The notes under the pieces: generated by a model | Told to the model about the DNA's origin: nothing | The model's input: the letters and a program-made list of their open reading frames with translations, nothing else | Database searches by the model: none | Translations under genes and position numbers: made by a program | UHGV virus genome: UHGV-1351569 | Strand: one strand, 5' to 3' | From: a virus | DNA length: 64,000 nt | Part shown: in pieces, positions 1-15,771 of the stretch | Position numbering within the stretch: position 1 is the stretch's first letter | Layout of the letters: each line of letters starts with the position of its first letter

Positions 1-1210
<1,210 letters not shown>

Positions 1211-1251
1211 GATTTCTCCTAATCTGGGCTTTAATTAGTTTATAATATTTA

Positions 1252-2953
<1,702 letters not shown>

Positions 2954-2966
2954 TTAAAAATCCTTT

Positions 2967-2982
2967 GGGGCCTTGCGGCCCC
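2967..2982 (-). terminator. GC hairpin GGGGCC-ttgc-GGCCCC between wac stop and gene 13 start
   Basis: perfect 6-bp GC stem with tetraloop in the 32-bp intergenic gap; weak U tract, so may be an RNA-stabilising hairpin rather than a full terminator. Confidence 0.45.
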
Positions 2983-2985
2983 ATG

Positions 2986-4443
2986 TTATGCTGGTGATAA
3001 AAAGGTAGAAAGTAGTACCCATTCGCCGTCTTTACGAACGTAAGCTTGGCCATCTTTTGGAGCTTCAGGGATATAACCTGCTTCCTGTAAAGTCTGAACA
3101 TCCCCCTGTAATGAAGATACATTACTTTTAATACTACGCATTTCTTGATTAATAGAAGAAATGTTAGTTTCATTAGCTTTTATTGAATTAGTTAATCCGC
3201 GCTCTTCTACTGTTGAACCATTTGGATTTGTGCCGCTTACTAGTTTATTTAGTGCAACAACTTGGCCTTTAATTCCAGTAGTGTTATTACCAATTTCAAC
3301 TTGTAAGTTTTGAACATCATTGTTCAGTCTATTAACTGAAGTTTCAACAGTTGAAACCCTATTTAAAAGAGACCCAGGAGGAGAAGGCTGACCTCCACTA
3401 GAATCAGTTCCAACGATTTGGTTTAGCCATGAAACGTTTGCTCGTAGTCCAGATGAAGTGTTTTCACCAACAATTCCATTTAAAAACTCAATTGATGTTG
3501 TATTATCTTTAATTTGACCTTTAATACTAGAAGGAATATCATCTGAGCCAATTGACGTTTCAATGACAGTCAATCGTTGTTTAATACCTCCGCTTTTATT
3601 TAGTTCATCATTTAAAGCTGAAATTTCTTGTGTATTAGTGTTAACATCTGTGATTATTGAAGTATTTCCTGGATATCCAATAGAAGTTTTGATAGATTTA
3701 ATTTCGGAACTAAGATTAATCTGCGATTGATCTAAATTATGAACACGTGAATATATGCTTTCACTGAATGAAGATGGTCTTTGTCCAAGTTCTTGTCTAA
3801 GATTTCCGACTTCAATTGTCAGTGAACCTACATCAGATTCAATAAATTTTTCTTCCAAATCACTTAGACGTATTCCTTGGGAAGTTATAGCATCTGTATT
3901 ATTAATGATGCGGTGCTTCATACCCGTGCTGCTATTTCCTACAACAGGAAGACCATTAATGTCTTGCCCAGCATATTGTCCTAATTCCCTTTTAATCCAT
4001 AACAAATCATTTCTAATCGTTCTATAAACTGAATTTGCTTGCGAATTAAATGGACCAATATCAGAAAGAATATTATCAACCGTAGTATTTGTACCATTTA
4101 ATATATCAGTATGTTCATTCGTGAGTGTCTTTAAATTTGATATATCATTTTTATTAACACTGATCTGTGATAGCGCTTCTATATCTCCTGATACATCTAA
4201 AATGCCTTGAATGGTTTTAATATCTTCCTGAGATGTTTCAATGGCAGTTTTAAGAATTCCTACATTTTCGTCGAGAACCTCGACATTTTTAAACACAGAA
4301 ACAGTTGGTCTATTCATTGACCCATCGTTTCCATACTTAGTACTAGCTCCTAATATTTCTTCACCATTTTTAATCCATGAAATACGTTCCTGACCTTCGC
4401 CAGGAACGCTATCAACAAAAGGTAACTCTTTTAATTCAATCAT
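2986..4443 (-). CDS. wac: fibritin (whisker antigen control protein)
   Basis: 485-aa ORF ending ...[30 protein letters not shown] (fibritin foldon); repetitive coiled-coil body; between 12 and 13. Confidence 0.9.
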   Translation of the reverse strand: MIELKELPFVDSVPGEGQERISWIKNGEEILGASTKYGNDGSMNRPTVSVFKNVEVLDENVGILKTAIETSQEDIKTIQGILDVSGDIEALSQISVNKNDISNLKTLTNEHTDILNGTNTTVDNILSDIGPFNSQANSVYRTIRNDLLWIKRELGQYAGQDINGLPVVGNSSTGMKHRIINNTDAITSQGIRLSDLEEKFIESDVGSLTIEVGNLRQELGQRPSSFSESIYSRVHNLDQSQINLSSEIKSIKTSIGYPGNTSIITDVNTNTQEISALNDELNKSGGIKQRLTVIETSIGSDDIPSSIKGQIKDNTTSIEFLNGIVGENTSSGLRANVSWLNQIVGTDSSGGQPSPPGSLLNRVSTVETSVNRLNNDVQNLQVEIGNNTTGIKGQVVALNKLVSGTNPNGSTVEERGLTNSIKANETNISSINQEMRSIKSNVSSLQGDVQTLQEAGYIPEAPKDGQAYVRKDGEWVLLSTFLSPA

Positions 4444-4452
4444 TTGTAATCC

Positions 4453-6003
4453 TTAGTAATGAATTTTAATAATATAGTTTAATGATATATTCCATGGTCT
4501 AGTTTCATAACCAATTAATCCTTCACGATTAAGTGTACCAAGGGCATCTCTCGGTCCACCCAATTCAAATCCATCATTAGTGAAGTATGAAGCATTATCC
4601 CAGTCGGCATATTTTCTAGTTCCAAGATATCCTTGATAAACGGACGCACCAAATGGAGCTTCATGTCTTTGGTATTCTCCCCAACCACCAGCATGTTTAT
4701 GGTATGACATTTGTTGTGCCTGAACGCCACCAACATGCATTCCGTCGCATCCTACACCAAGTCTATCCTTCCCATAACCATCTTGTCCACGTTGATTTAA
4801 AATATGACCGCCCGTGCCAGCTCCTCTAACAAAAAGACCTCTCATATCAGGAATGCCAGGGTTATTCCAATCACCACCAAATCTTGTTCCAACTGTGTTT
4901 CTATAATCAGGATATTGATCTCCTGACACTGTTCCACCATGGCACATAATCCAACCCGGAGGTGCTGAATCTCCTGCAAACATCATAATAGTTCCAACTG
5001 GAACCCTTTCTGACGCATATCTTTCAGTGGCAACAGGTTGATCGCCATTTTTCCACATTCCGCCGCGCGACCAAATTCCGTTTGCTGTAAGATGGTCTAA
5101 ATTTAAAGAACCATTAATAGTTTGTCCACCGCGAGTATTAATTACATCTGCGTTCCATGCTAATGCACCAGAGCTATCACCTTCAGGGGCAATACCGGCT
5201 TGCGTCGTTAATTTTACCACCCCACGCATAGAACCAGTAGCTCCTCGACCATTTAGTGTTTCACCTGTTACTGCAACATCTCCCAAATTACTGTTAATTT
5301 CCGATTGTGTCCCTAAACGTATAACACCCTTATATTCTTGTGTTGCAACAGAATTCATAAAGGTATACGGAGAAATTGCATATCCTTCGCGGAGAGTTCC
5401 TTGACGAGTTTGCGCAACAGTAGATAATTGAACTACACCTCTCACAGATTCTGATGCAGTATCTTCGGAAGGAGCTATTTGTGAAATTAATTTTATTGCA
5501 AGTTTTTGGGTTTTTAATGGAGTCATTGCCGTAGTATCATCTACTCCAGCTAAAGCTGCAGGTGTAGATGATATTTTAATAACCCCGTTTGATGACTCAG
5601 ACGAATATCTATTTTGGAACACATCGTCAGTGTGGTATTTCAGTTTTTGCGGCGTTATTGATGAATTATTATCTGAGCCTTCTAATGTTTCTTCATTTGT
5701 TGAATAACGCGTTAAACCATATTTAGTTTCAGTAGCATTTGGATATAATAATCTTGTTGCTAATGTAGCTGGCGTAACGATTTTAGAATTATTAGTTCCA
5801 TCTAAAACCTCTTGCTCTGACGCAATCATTGCTATTCCTTTAACTTCCATAGTTGCATCAGGAATACCATTTACGCCGATATTACTTATTTTTGATAATG
5901 CAGACTGCACTGTCGTGACAGTGTCAGGAAAATTCGATCCTGCAGGATCGAATTTAACATATTTTGATTCATTTGATACGTGCTGATATGTATTGTTACT
6001 CAT
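4453..6003 (-). CDS. 12: short tail fiber protein gp12
   Basis: 516-aa ORF, position between 11 and wac, size close to T4 gp12. Confidence 0.85.
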   Translation of the reverse strand: MSNNTYQHVSNESKYVKFDPAGSNFPDTVTTVQSALSKISNIGVNGIPDATMEVKGIAMIASEQEVLDGTNNSKIVTPATLATRLLYPNATETKYGLTRYSTNEETLEGSDNNSSITPQKLKYHTDDVFQNRYSSESSNGVIKISSTPAALAGVDDTTAMTPLKTQKLAIKLISQIAPSEDTASESVRGVVQLSTVAQTRQGTLREGYAISPYTFMNSVATQEYKGVIRLGTQSEINSNLGDVAVTGETLNGRGATGSMRGVVKLTTQAGIAPEGDSSGALAWNADVINTRGGQTINGSLNLDHLTANGIWSRGGMWKNGDQPVATERYASERVPVGTIMMFAGDSAPPGWIMCHGGTVSGDQYPDYRNTVGTRFGGDWNNPGIPDMRGLFVRGAGTGGHILNQRGQDGYGKDRLGVGCDGMHVGGVQAQQMSYHKHAGGWGEYQRHEAPFGASVYQGYLGTRKYADWDNASYFTNDGFELGGPRDALGTLNREGLIGYETRPWNISLNYIIKIHY

Positions 6004-6659
6004 GCTATTCTCTCAAAATAATAAAATACCGTAGGTTGTGTGTGACTATCTAGCGTAACAGTTTGCGCACCTAATAATTGCCAAGTTCCGTATCCAGGTT
6101 TAGAAGGAGAAATTATTTCTTGTTTGAAAGTAATTCCTTTATCAGAGTATTGTTCTAAGATATGTTCCTGGTTATCTAAATACTTAACTTGTATTTTATT
6201 TCCTATTGTAGGATGGTCTTCAAATGAATCAATTGCAATAAATTTTGCAACCATTTCCTGTAGAGCTGTTCTAACGGCACTGGTAAATTCGATTGAAGTC
6301 ATTCCGTTAGTAGCTTTAACTGGAATACCAAACATGTTAACAATAACTGGGTCACCTGGTTTGGCTGAAGTATCAGTAACAGTTCCTTCAAATGACCAAT
6401 AGTCTGTTTGCTGCACGCCAGTAGGAGATACGCCGCTTATATTAACTAATACAGCTCCAACTTGTTGCTCTGCCATATTTCTAACATCATTGATAGCAGA
6501 TTCTACATTTGGGTCATAAAAACCTTTTGCTATTTGTGAAATTGTTACAGCGCCTACTGGCTGATTATTCATAACCGAAATATCATTTTTCTTAGTTCTA
6601 AAACCAAGAAAATCTGCTAAGCGGGAAATAACTCCCGCTTTATTATTAAGTAAACTCAT
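6000..6659 (-). CDS. 11: baseplate wedge / short-tail-fiber attachment protein gp11
   Basis: start taken at internal Met ([21 protein letters not shown]...) giving 219 aa; its ATG overlaps the gene 10 stop (TAATG). Confidence 0.85.
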   Translation of the reverse strand: MSLLNNKAGVISRLADFLGFRTKKNDISVMNNQPVGAVTISQIAKGFYDPNVESAINDVRNMAEQQVGAVLVNISGVSPTGVQQTDYWSFEGTVTDTSAKPGDPVIVNMFGIPVKATNGMTSIEFTSAVRTALQEMVAKFIAIDSFEDHPTIGNKIQVKYLDNQEHILEQYSDKGITFKQEIISPSKPGYGTWQLLGAQTVTLDSHTQPTVFYYFERIA

Positions 6660-8464
6660 TATGCAATCCTTATCCAACGGTATACAGTAATAGACGGTTG
6701 AATATTACTAATATTAGCAGGAGGAGTATGTGAAGAGTTTGTTGTTGCGTAATCTTCACGGTATTTTGTATATATAGGACCAGTTTCATCTGGGTCATAT
6801 TGGCAACCCCCAATAATAACCGATCCATTTTCGTCTTCAATTAAAACTCTTTCGTCGGTTTTAGTTGCAGGAAGATTTGCGTTTTCAAGCGTTACTGATG
6901 TTGTTCCAACTGTTCCACCGGCAGTATGTGAAGGATTTCCGCTAGAATCTAAATCATTATTGTTTAAAGCAAAGTTTGGATCTGTAACATCATCATTCCA
7001 TCCTACTAAAACCTGCCCTTTACCAAATAATTTCCATGAACCAAATCCCATATAAGTCACCGGATTATTTGGGTTTATAGCATTTTCATAAATTGAACCA
7101 ACAGGATAAATGCTGTCGAAAATAGATGATATTGAATTATACGTTCTAGTATAAGAATCAACTTTTTCAACATTTGGCCAACCGATTTTATCAAAATCTG
7201 TTAAGGCCACATCACCAGTAACTTCAGTAGATGATCCTTTACTAACATAACGGTCATCAGTTAATTCAATGATGTCATCTTTTTCTAAAAGAGTTCCTAA
7301 ATCATTATTGAACCATGTTATAACGATTATATCGCCGGATTCAAATTTTCTATCAAATAAAAGACTGACAGGTTTTCCATCTTCATATTCTATAGAATAA
7401 TCTGTATTCGATTCTTTCCATTCACCGCCAAGAGATATACATCCTTCTTGCGTATCTGAATTAGCGCCTTCACACAAAAACAGAGGATATCCAGCTGTTC
7501 CAGCCTGCTGCTGTAAAATTCCATTAAAACGAACCTCAAGAGAGTTAGGATTAATGGGTTCACCAGGAATTAATCCAAATGCAGAAAATGGAATTGATTT
7601 CATCGCCGATAAATCAGTAACATAAATGCTTCCTTCTAAAGAAGTCTTTGATGTTAGTTTTGAATCTAGTACTTTTATTTGGCGTCTTGTATATGAACTT
7701 CTCCATTGTGATACACCATCCATAAATGTTTCAATTTGAACGGTGTCACCAATATTACAAGGCTGTCTTAATCGAATATTAAATCCATCAAGAGGAACTA
7801 ATTCACCTTCATTTTCTCCAGGAGAACCAAAGTCACTGTTTTCGCTAAATACATCGCCATAATATAATTCATTACCGCGATGTTTTACTCTGATGTTATT
7901 GACATTATAACTAGTTCCATTAAAAACATCTAAAAAGTCTGTTTGCCCTTGAACTTCGACTAAAAATTCTTTGCGAGCTACATTACTAATATCTGAACTA
8001 ATAATTTTGTCAATTTGTTTATTTTTGACATATTCCCAACGTCCTGGAGCGCAATAAACGAGCTCTAAATCACTAAATTGAATATTAATTTCAACTGACG
8101 ATGACGACCCTTTAATTGTATCTCCGGAAGCAGCTACTAAAGTAACTGGATTGATGTTCCATGTAGCGAATACGTCTCTAGCTCTAATTACCTTGTTGTA
8201 ATCATTAACAGTTCCTTTAGGAAGTTGTAGAGTTACTCTTCCAGACGAAGTATTAATGGCATATGATTTTCCCCATTCTGCTGCTAATGTTTGTCCTGAT
8301 GAAGCATCATAAGTTTTCCAGGCACCGGCTGAATATGGAACATCTCCATCGCCAAGTTCATAATAAAGTTCATCAAAGTTTTCATTTATTTTTATACCAC
8401 CTTTACGCAGGTAGTCACCGGTACCATCATCAACAACATTACCGATATTAATATTTTGTTTCAT
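6659..8464 (-). CDS. 10: baseplate wedge protein gp10
   Basis: 601-aa ORF, size and order as T4 gp10. Confidence 0.85.
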   Translation of the reverse strand: MKQNINIGNVVDDGTGDYLRKGGIKINENFDELYYELGDGDVPYSAGAWKTYDASSGQTLAAEWGKSYAINTSSGRVTLQLPKGTVNDYNKVIRARDVFATWNINPVTLVAASGDTIKGSSSSVEINIQFSDLELVYCAPGRWEYVKNKQIDKIISSDISNVARKEFLVEVQGQTDFLDVFNGTSYNVNNIRVKHRGNELYYGDVFSENSDFGSPGENEGELVPLDGFNIRLRQPCNIGDTVQIETFMDGVSQWRSSYTRRQIKVLDSKLTSKTSLEGSIYVTDLSAMKSIPFSAFGLIPGEPINPNSLEVRFNGILQQQAGTAGYPLFLCEGANSDTQEGCISLGGEWKESNTDYSIEYEDGKPVSLLFDRKFESGDIIVITWFNNDLGTLLEKDDIIELTDDRYVSKGSSTEVTGDVALTDFDKIGWPNVEKVDSYTRTYNSISSIFDSIYPVGSIYENAINPNNPVTYMGFGSWKLFGKGQVLVGWNDDVTDPNFALNNNDLDSSGNPSHTAGGTVGTTSVTLENANLPATKTDERVLIEDENGSVIIGGCQYDPDETGPIYTKYREDYATTNSSHTPPANISNIQPSITVYRWIRIA

Positions 8465-9330
8465 TATTGAGCCACCCCGATTTTCTGCGTAGCGATAACT
8501 TTAACTGCTGCTCTCATACCGACAGTTGAAGAACTTATAGTTGCCGTTACATAATTTTCTTTAATACTAAATGCAATATTAGCGATTTCGTCTTCTTCTG
8601 TTTCATTTCCAACCCGCATGACAGCATATTCAGAAGAAATGACCGCTGAATTAACAGTATCTACAAGAATATTTATTTCTGCCGTTTTAATTTTTCTTCC
8701 ATCTACTGATTGGCATGTAACTAACAATTTAGCCATGTTATATTCAGTACGATGAAACAATGGAATGTCAACTGATCCAGACGTAGAAATATTCCATGTA
8801 CCTTCGGCCGGTGATTCCTTTTGGCCAAACATACTTTCAATAGAATAATTCCAAACAGACGTAGAATTATCAGATGAAATACATCGTAAAGTAACTTTAC
8901 TATATGGGCTAGTTACTACCAAATTACCCGAAACACCTTTAATTGAATCAATGGCTTGAATTGTTAAAGGATTAGTAACTGATATCGATCCATTAGAATT
9001 AATGAATTCAACACAGTCACCGAGTTCTCCTCTTTCAATGATAACTTTAACACCAACAGTAGAGGTATCAATATCATGCCTAGTACCAACTTTTACTGGA
9101 GTTGCGTACTCTGCAATAGAGTGTTTTTGATAATATCCAGTAGCATGGATAATTTGGCCATCTGCTCCAGTTCCATTTGCTACTGCCATTTTACGTTGAT
9201 CGCCAAACGCATTATAAATTGCGTTAAAATCACTATTAATTTTATTACCACCGTCGAATAAGATATCACCAGTAGAAGCGTTACCAATTTCGCCGGTATC
9301 AATCAATTTCTTTGGTTCTTGAATGAACAT
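8464..9330 (-). CDS. 9: baseplate wedge protein gp9 (long tail fiber socket)
   Basis: 288-aa ORF, size and order as T4 gp9. Confidence 0.85.
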   Translation of the reverse strand: MFIQEPKKLIDTGEIGNASTGDILFDGGNKINSDFNAIYNAFGDQRKMAVANGTGADGQIIHATGYYQKHSIAEYATPVKVGTRHDIDTSTVGVKVIIERGELGDCVEFINSNGSISVTNPLTIQAIDSIKGVSGNLVVTSPYSKVTLRCISSDNSTSVWNYSIESMFGQKESPAEGTWNISTSGSVDIPLFHRTEYNMAKLLVTCQSVDGRKIKTAEINILVDTVNSAVISSEYAVMRVGNETEEDEIANIAFSIKENYVTATISSSTVGMRAAVKVIATQKIGVAQ

Positions 9331-9354
9331 AGCGGTTTCCTTATGAGTTTATAG

Positions 9355-9362
9355 TATTTATA
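9355..9362 (-). promoter_or_regulatory. late promoter TATAAATA upstream of gene 9
   Basis: plus strand reads TATTTATA, i.e. TATAAATA on the minus strand, about 25 nt upstream of the gene 9 start. Confidence 0.6.
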
Positions 9363-9370
9363 AAGAAAAA

Positions 9371-9390
9371 AGGGAGCCCATGGGCTCCCT
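9371..9390 (-). terminator. rho-independent terminator after gene 8
   Basis: palindrome AGGGAGCCCATGGGCTCCCT followed on the minus strand by a U-rich run. Confidence 0.6.
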
Positions 9391-9394
9391 TAAG

Positions 9395-10399
9395 TTAAAA
9401 TGTAAACAGAATATTGATTTCTTCTGTTTGATCCATTGCCATGATAATAGGTGGCCTATTTTCCATATAAATCATTTCGCCCGAATGCCTCATTAAATCT
9501 TCCGGATCATAATAATCCTTTTCAGCTTTAACGTTTGGGTCATTTGGATTAGCTTTAGCTTCAAGAGGATTCGTGATTATTGATATTTGTCTAAATCCTT
9601 TATTTCCCGGCAATGCAGCTTCTGGAAAATAAACTGAATCTAAATATGCTTTAAAACGGATAGTATTTGCCTTAACACGGTAAATTAATCCAAAATCATC
9701 TTGTTGCCAAGTGAGATTATCTTCATACCCCCATCTAGCCGGGTCTTCTTTTAATTCCTCAGGCCAAGGAACCACGATATATTCATTCGTACATCTATTT
9801 ATAGATACATCAGGCGGAATCTCAAAAAGATATTCCCAAACATATCCGTCCCCAGGTTCAATTGTTCCTTCAGCATCTCCTCGACCTTCAGGCGGAGTCA
9901 TTGACCTAACAGAAGGAGTCCATTTTCCACCTAACTTAAGGCATTCATCCTTATTAGTTAAAGACTCAATTGAACACATTCCTGTGTCAGGAACATCTAA
10001 ACAACGATATACTAACCAGCCTGCGCCTGATTCAGTAGCATTGTAAGGAGCTGAGTTACACACTACAATATCGTTAATTCTAAATGTGTATGGATCCGGA
10101 TATCTAGTATCTCCCCAATCTCGACGAGGAATAACTGCATCAAGCATAGATGGAAGAACCTTTACGGTTCCCATCATATGAGTCCACATGTCAGTTACAC
10201 CTAATACAGAATCGGTAGGATAAGGTGGAGCAAAGCCCACCTCATTTTCATTTGATGACCACGGTTCTGATCTTCCAAATGTGATAAAGATAGTGTTTTT
10301 ATCCGGACCACTTCCAATTGAATTATAAAAATTCAACATTTTTTCTGTTCTAAATTTTGAAGTAACTATCGCACGATAGATAACACTTGAATCATTCAT
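9395..10399 (-). CDS. 8: baseplate wedge protein gp8
   Basis: 334-aa ORF, size and order as T4 gp8. Confidence 0.85.
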   Translation of the reverse strand: MNDSSVIYRAIVTSKFRTEKMLNFYNSIGSGPDKNTIFITFGRSEPWSSNENEVGFAPPYPTDSVLGVTDMWTHMMGTVKVLPSMLDAVIPRRDWGDTRYPDPYTFRINDIVVCNSAPYNATESGAGWLVYRCLDVPDTGMCSIESLTNKDECLKLGGKWTPSVRSMTPPEGRGDAEGTIEPGDGYVWEYLFEIPPDVSINRCTNEYIVVPWPEELKEDPARWGYEDNLTWQQDDFGLIYRVKANTIRFKAYLDSVYFPEAALPGNKGFRQISIITNPLEAKANPNDPNVKAEKDYYDPEDLMRHSGEMIYMENRPPIIMAMDQTEEINILFTF

Positions 10400-13300
10400 C
10401 TATTTTAACCTGTGTTGGATTTTCAGGGTCTCTTGGATTTCCTATATTATCTTTTAGACGTTTATTAACTAAATCCCTAAATTGTGCAAATGTTGTTCCA
10501 GATGCATCAAATAGAGGACTCATTAATTTACGTCGTTCAGATGGCAATTGACCTTGAAATATTGAATTATTATTTTCAGCATTATAGTCATCAGGAAGAG
10601 GATATTCTACACCAGCCATTGGGCCAGGTTCATAAATTGCTTCGCCTGTTACTGAGTCATGCTCAATTTCACCGGTTGGAGTTAATTTAGCTACTCTATC
10701 AGCATATTCAGTAGGCAATCCAGAATCCCATTTATAGTTTTTGTATTTATTAATTATAGTCTCTGTATGTTTAAGAGTTAAACCGACATTAATAAACATT
10801 GTTAAAAGGGTAATTGCTATAAATCCAAATCCTACTGGATGAACAAAACGAATAACGTCAGATTTCCAGCGGGAAGAAGGTAAATTGGATTTAATTTTCA
10901 TTACATAATATGATCTACTTCTATTAATATAGTCTATATTATTTTGAAGCAAATCCTTTCCTTTAACCCCGCGAATAATTTCGCCTTCGAAACTAGGGAG
11001 TCTTTCTGCTTTAACTTCTTGACCGGCAATTAATCTTCCCAAAAGATTATGAATAGTTACGGTCCATTGCAATTTGCCATTGGAATAGCTTCTTTCTATA
11101 TAAGTAACATTACATCTTCCTGTAGCAGTATAAATCGTTTGTCCTACTAAATCTTCAGTCAAAGAATCAGATTGAACGATTATATCATATTCAGTACCAG
11201 CCCCAGATTCAATTTCAATTTCAACTTCTTCATTATAAAGAACTTTAAAAAGAAATTTGTATGATGCTTCAATTCCTTTAGTAGAATAAAAATCATAGCT
11301 ACGTGATTCAAAAAATCTTGCAACAGCATCACGTTTGTCAGCATTTAAATAAATGTTTCTTTTATATATCTCTGACCACAAATATTCCCACGCATGCTCT
11401 TCTCGCGGATATTGGTTACGAATTAAATTTCGTAAATTATTATACTGAGTTCCATATCCATCAGAAAGATACTGAATATATGCTTCGCAGAATGCCTCAA
11501 AATTAGAATCCTGTAGCAAATAAGAATCAGGCATCATTGTGCCAATCAATGGTCTTAAATCAGGATCAGCTAATCCATGCTCTTCTTCCGGGGACCAAGG
11601 AGTTTCACGCTCTTGGTTTTGTAAAAATGCTTTTAAAAATATTCCAGTTGGCTTCCAAATTATTTCAACCGTGTCTCTCACTCGATAGTTAAAATCATAG
11701 TAAGAAATTATTTCACCAGAAGACTTATAAAAAAGCATCCCAGACGCGTATTTTTTAAATCCCGTGAATTTAACATTTGGCATTACTATCGTACAATCAC
11801 CATCATCCCAGTATTCATGAACTAATCTATCTGGTGATGTTTCCGGAATATTTTCTATAACTTTGGTGTATTTTAAATCAGCATAAACTACTACAGCTCT
11901 ATCAGAGTTGTTTATCCAACAGCGTGTGTTAGATTTTTTAGACCAGTTAAAGAATGGTTCTGCATAGTATTTCATCGGCTGAGGTGTAAAAGTTTCCCAA
12001 TCAGATTTTTCATCTGCTATAAATGCCATCATATGATAATGCTTATCAGCTAGCCATTCACGAGGAAATTCATATTTAACAGCACCTATTAACTGATATT
12101 TCGCCGCAGTTTCAGGGTCATTAACAATGTTATCACTTAAAAATTTAAAATTACTCGAAGACAGAGAAACTAATTTACCATCAGTTGACATATTCGCATA
12201 TCCAGGTTGAATACGTCTTCTTTCTTCTTCAGTGTTGCCAAAAACTCTTTTCCATGTTTTCGTGTCATGATTTAAAACATATATTCCTTTATCAGCAGAA
12301 TCAATTATTTTTGATGTTCTAGGATTAGCATTTAATGTTTCAACTTCTCCGATAATAAGAGCAAAAACTTTATCACCAATAGAATCCATTTTATAACATA
12401 CTGCTTTAGGATTTCCGGTTATAGTCATTGTATCAGGTTCAAATAGCCTTTCCGAATATGTTGGAGATAATGGGTCAGAATCTATAGGTGCATTACTCGT
12501 TTTTATGTATCTAACTTTGTCTCTGGCGACAACGTAAATGTAATCATCAGTGCAAGTAATAGCTTCCGCAATGCGGTATACATTAGCTGGCAAAGTCGCG
12601 TAAGTGGCAAAAATTTCTACATCAAATCCTAGATGTAATTGGTCGCCAAGTTTAGCAAATGTTATATCCTGCGAACTAAATCTGACATCATCAGCTGACC
12701 ATCTAACATCAGTAGATTTGCGGCCGTAGAAAATCTTGTCGTATCCTAGAACGTATGTTGTGTTTGCAGATTGGTAATATACAGTCTTAGATAAAGGATA
12801 TCCTACGCGGTCATTGAAGAGCTTTACAGCTTTCCAAGTTTGTCCTTTATCATTAGATACTTTAACTACAGGTTGATAACGCTCAAAAAGATATAGAATC
12901 CCTTCTGATTCCATCAAATAAACTCGGTTAATATCCTTACATACTTGCTGAATAGAACCTTGTATTTCATGATACTCATTTTCACCAATAATAAAATTAC
13001 TTATTGATGAAACATCAACATATGATGGGCTGAATTGAAACGATTCATTCATCAATGCAGCCATTATAGTGTCATTGTTAAAATTGACATAGTCAGAATT
13101 ATTAAGAGTAAATTTTTCCTGAATGAATTTATTAGCTAATTGCATTTCAATCATGTTTTGAAATGTATAAGCGTTTGTAGCAAAAGTTTCAAACTCTTCA
13201 GTATAAATCCAATCAGACTGCTTAAAATCCTGCGCAGCTGTAGCTACTCTAATAATGTACGATGTCAATGGATTAGCATTATCAAAAAAGAAGCTGTTAT

Positions 13301-13490
13301 TTGCAGTATATCCTAAGTTAATCCATCTGTATTGATTACTCGGGAGATTTTCCCCCGAGTTTGTTTTTGTCTCAGCGATTTCTACAAAATAGTAGAAATT
13401 AGCACCAACGTCATCCCAGCGTACTTGCACCTGATTTGCGGATAACTTGGAAATTCTGAGACTAGTGACTGAAGGTGCTTTTACTGTCAT
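10392..13490 (-). CDS. 7: baseplate wedge initiator gp7
   Basis: 1032-aa ORF, size and order as T4 gp7. Confidence 0.85.
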   Translation of the reverse strand: MTVKAPSVTSLRISKLSANQVQVRWDDVGANFYYFVEIAETKTNSGENLPSNQYRWINLGYTANNSFFFDNANPLTSYIIRVATAAQDFKQSDWIYTEEFETFATNAYTFQNMIEMQLANKFIQEKFTLNNSDYVNFNNDTIMAALMNESFQFSPSYVDVSSISNFIIGENEYHEIQGSIQQVCKDINRVYLMESEGILYLFERYQPVVKVSNDKGQTWKAVKLFNDRVGYPLSKTVYYQSANTTYVLGYDKIFYGRKSTDVRWSADDVRFSSQDITFAKLGDQLHLGFDVEIFATYATLPANVYRIAEAITCTDDYIYVVARDKVRYIKTSNAPIDSDPLSPTYSERLFEPDTMTITGNPKAVCYKMDSIGDKVFALIIGEVETLNANPRTSKIIDSADKGIYVLNHDTKTWKRVFGNTEEERRRIQPGYANMSTDGKLVSLSSSNFKFLSDNIVNDPETAAKYQLIGAVKYEFPREWLADKHYHMMAFIADEKSDWETFTPQPMKYYAEPFFNWSKKSNTRCWINNSDRAVVVYADLKYTKVIENIPETSPDRLVHEYWDDGDCTIVMPNVKFTGFKKYASGMLFYKSSGEIISYYDFNYRVRDTVEIIWKPTGIFLKAFLQNQERETPWSPEEEHGLADPDLRPLIGTMMPDSYLLQDSNFEAFCEAYIQYLSDGYGTQYNNLRNLIRNQYPREEHAWEYLWSEIYKRNIYLNADKRDAVARFFESRSYDFYSTKGIEASYKFLFKVLYNEEVEIEIESGAGTEYDIIVQSDSLTEDLVGQTIYTATGRCNVTYIERSYSNGKLQWTVTIHNLLGRLIAGQEVKAERLPSFEGEIIRGVKGKDLLQNNIDYINRSRSYYVMKIKSNLPSSRWKSDVIRFVHPVGFGFIAITLLTMFINVGLTLKHTETIINKYKNYKWDSGLPTEYADRVAKLTPTGEIEHDSVTGEAIYEPGPMAGVEYPLPDDYNAENNNSIFQGQLPSERRKLMSPLFDASGTTFAQFRDLVNKRLKDNIGNPRDPENPTQVKIDE

Positions 13491-15469
13491 TGTGATATAG
13501 GCTCCAAATCGATAGTTAAGTATTGTGGACGTAAATCATTTTCAAATACAATCAGTGAACCATCGCGTGTGAAAATAACATCGTCTATTGGATCAGAATA
13601 TAGCTCAATAGTCTGAACCTCAAATTTATCGGATGTTAAATTAATTTTAGCGATATTCCAATAAATCATGTCAGCTGGATAATTTATTTCACCGATAACA
13701 TAGTATTTGTCACGTCCATCGGAACTTGCTAATTTATTAAAATCATTGCCTGTATATGGCTGAATGTTTTCATTTTCTGTAACATCGCCAGAAGCAAATG
13801 GACCAATAATAACTTTGCCAATTCCTTTAGAATCTCGGTCTGTTGATACTATACGAACGTCATATAATACATCTTCTTCTAAACCAGTATCAGGATTTAC
13901 AACCTTTCGTCCAGAATTAAATGAAAACGTATTAGATTCCATAGAACGATCTTTTATTTGATTATTGTATTTAATACCCGCTTCAGGCGTTTTATAGAAG
14001 TTTTGTACTTCACGAACCATTTGAATTGTCGCGGATGAGCCAATGATAGAATGATCTGCATCATCTACGTATGTCAGCATCTTAGATTTAGCGAAAGATG
14101 AGTTAAAAATTTCTACATCTTCGGTATAATAACGATCAATTTTATCAATTATTTGACCTTCTAGCCACTGTTCTGATTCTTGCAGCTTATTTAAAGCATA
14201 TGTGACTTTTAAATTAGTCTTAACAAAAAGATAATTAGGAGAAATAATTGATGGTGTAATAGGAGCTAAATTATAATCTTTGAGATAATTTTTAATATCT
14301 TCACGTTGTACAGTAGTTAAATATAGTCCTGATTTAGGTTTAGCAGCAATAAATGCATAACCAGGCTTAGTAGAATCAGTGAAAGTCTGAACCGCTTGAA
14401 TAATAGAACCGAATCTTTCTGAAACGAATGTATCATAGTCGGTCGCAGTTACGCAGCGTTGCTGGGTTTCACGTTTAATAGTACCCAATTCGCGAATACG
14501 TTCAATATCTTCTGGGTCACCGCCGCCATCTGCCCCAACAAAATCTGGGTCATCGTTTGGATTTTCATTAATGTTGATGACAGTTATATTTGTTAATGTA
14601 TCTGCGTATGAAAATCCGACTGCACCGTTCGCATCTGCACCGTTAGTACTGATATACTCAATAACAATCGTAGAGTTCTGAGTAGGGTTAAGACCTCCAA
14701 TATAATTAGCGGTCAATGCTCCTTCTGCCGCATTAACGGAAATCTCACCTTCACCAAAATAAAATTCAGTATTTCCATCAATAGTTTCACGCATATAGTA
14801 AATTGTTGATGTAGAACCAGCGTGAACCATTGACTTTCTTGTCCAGTTAATCCATTCTGCTCCATCAACATACAGCTTAACTTGGTTTCTATCTATATTT
14901 TTGTCATAAATGATAATAGGTGTTAATTTATCATAAATGATTTCAGTTCTTACTATACGTCCCTGGGCCAATTTTAAACGCGGAAAATATTGATTATTTT
15001 TATCACGAATAGCAATAACATCTTCGGTAGAGACAAAGTTATAAGGATTAACAGAAGTATCCTTTGCATATGCTAAAAAGCGAGTACCACGAGGAATAGT
15101 AATGTAATTTCTATTCAATGCGTCTGTACAAGTTAGCATAATTTCAGTTTGAGCAGCTGATTTTGAAGTAGGTAAATATCCATTATCTTGTGCAGCTTGA
15201 ACTACTGAACTACGTAAGTTAGCAGTACGCATAAAGCTTTCATATACGGCAGCATTACCAAACTGCTGGATGTATAATGTATTATAAGCTAAAAGGTCAC
15301 ACAGAACGTTTAATCTTGAGCCTTCAAAATCATAATCCAAAAATTCATTTTGGCCATTAAGCCATTCAATGAGGTTTTGTTTTATTTCAGCAAACGTACC
15401 CCCGACGAATATCTCGGGAATAGCATTTGCTGTTCTTGTTAATTGATAATTTACAGGGGTATTTGCCAT
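13487..15469 (-). CDS. 6: baseplate wedge protein gp6
   Basis: 660-aa ORF, size and order as T4 gp6. Confidence 0.85.
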   Translation of the reverse strand: MANTPVNYQLTRTANAIPEIFVGGTFAEIKQNLIEWLNGQNEFLDYDFEGSRLNVLCDLLAYNTLYIQQFGNAAVYESFMRTANLRSSVVQAAQDNGYLPTSKSAAQTEIMLTCTDALNRNYITIPRGTRFLAYAKDTSVNPYNFVSTEDVIAIRDKNNQYFPRLKLAQGRIVRTEIIYDKLTPIIIYDKNIDRNQVKLYVDGAEWINWTRKSMVHAGSTSTIYYMRETIDGNTEFYFGEGEISVNAAEGALTANYIGGLNPTQNSTIVIEYISTNGADANGAVGFSYADTLTNITVININENPNDDPDFVGADGGGDPEDIERIRELGTIKRETQQRCVTATDYDTFVSERFGSIIQAVQTFTDSTKPGYAFIAAKPKSGLYLTTVQREDIKNYLKDYNLAPITPSIISPNYLFVKTNLKVTYALNKLQESEQWLEGQIIDKIDRYYTEDVEIFNSSFAKSKMLTYVDDADHSIIGSSATIQMVREVQNFYKTPEAGIKYNNQIKDRSMESNTFSFNSGRKVVNPDTGLEEDVLYDVRIVSTDRDSKGIGKVIIGPFASGDVTENENIQPYTGNDFNKLASSDGRDKYYVIGEINYPADMIYWNIAKINLTSDKFEVQTIELYSDPIDDVIFTRDGSLIVFENDLRPQYLTIDLEPISQ

Positions 15470-15477
15470 TTTAAATC

Positions 15478-15771
15478 CTATTTAATGAATACTTTAGATG
15501 ATGCCTGAGCCACAGTATCACCGCATGATATTGGATCAGCCATTTGAACAGCTTTCTTTCCAGTGACATATACCTTAGAAGTTCTGGGTTGTGTCACTCC
15601 GCCATGTGTTTCATATGGCTTTTTAATTTCTGTATGTTCTGTAATTGGATCACCTGCTACTAGAACAGCAATTCCTCCAGTGAATACTTTGCTTTGTGTA
15701 GCATTCACAACTGTTGGAGGCCACGCTTCATGACCAGCAGTAACACATTTATCATAACTTAATCCTGACAT
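15478..15771 (-). CDS. 5.4: PAAR-repeat spike tip protein gp5.4
   Basis: 97-aa ORF between 5 and 6 with Gly/Pro/His-rich PAAR-like repeats; RBS GAGG upstream. Confidence 0.75.
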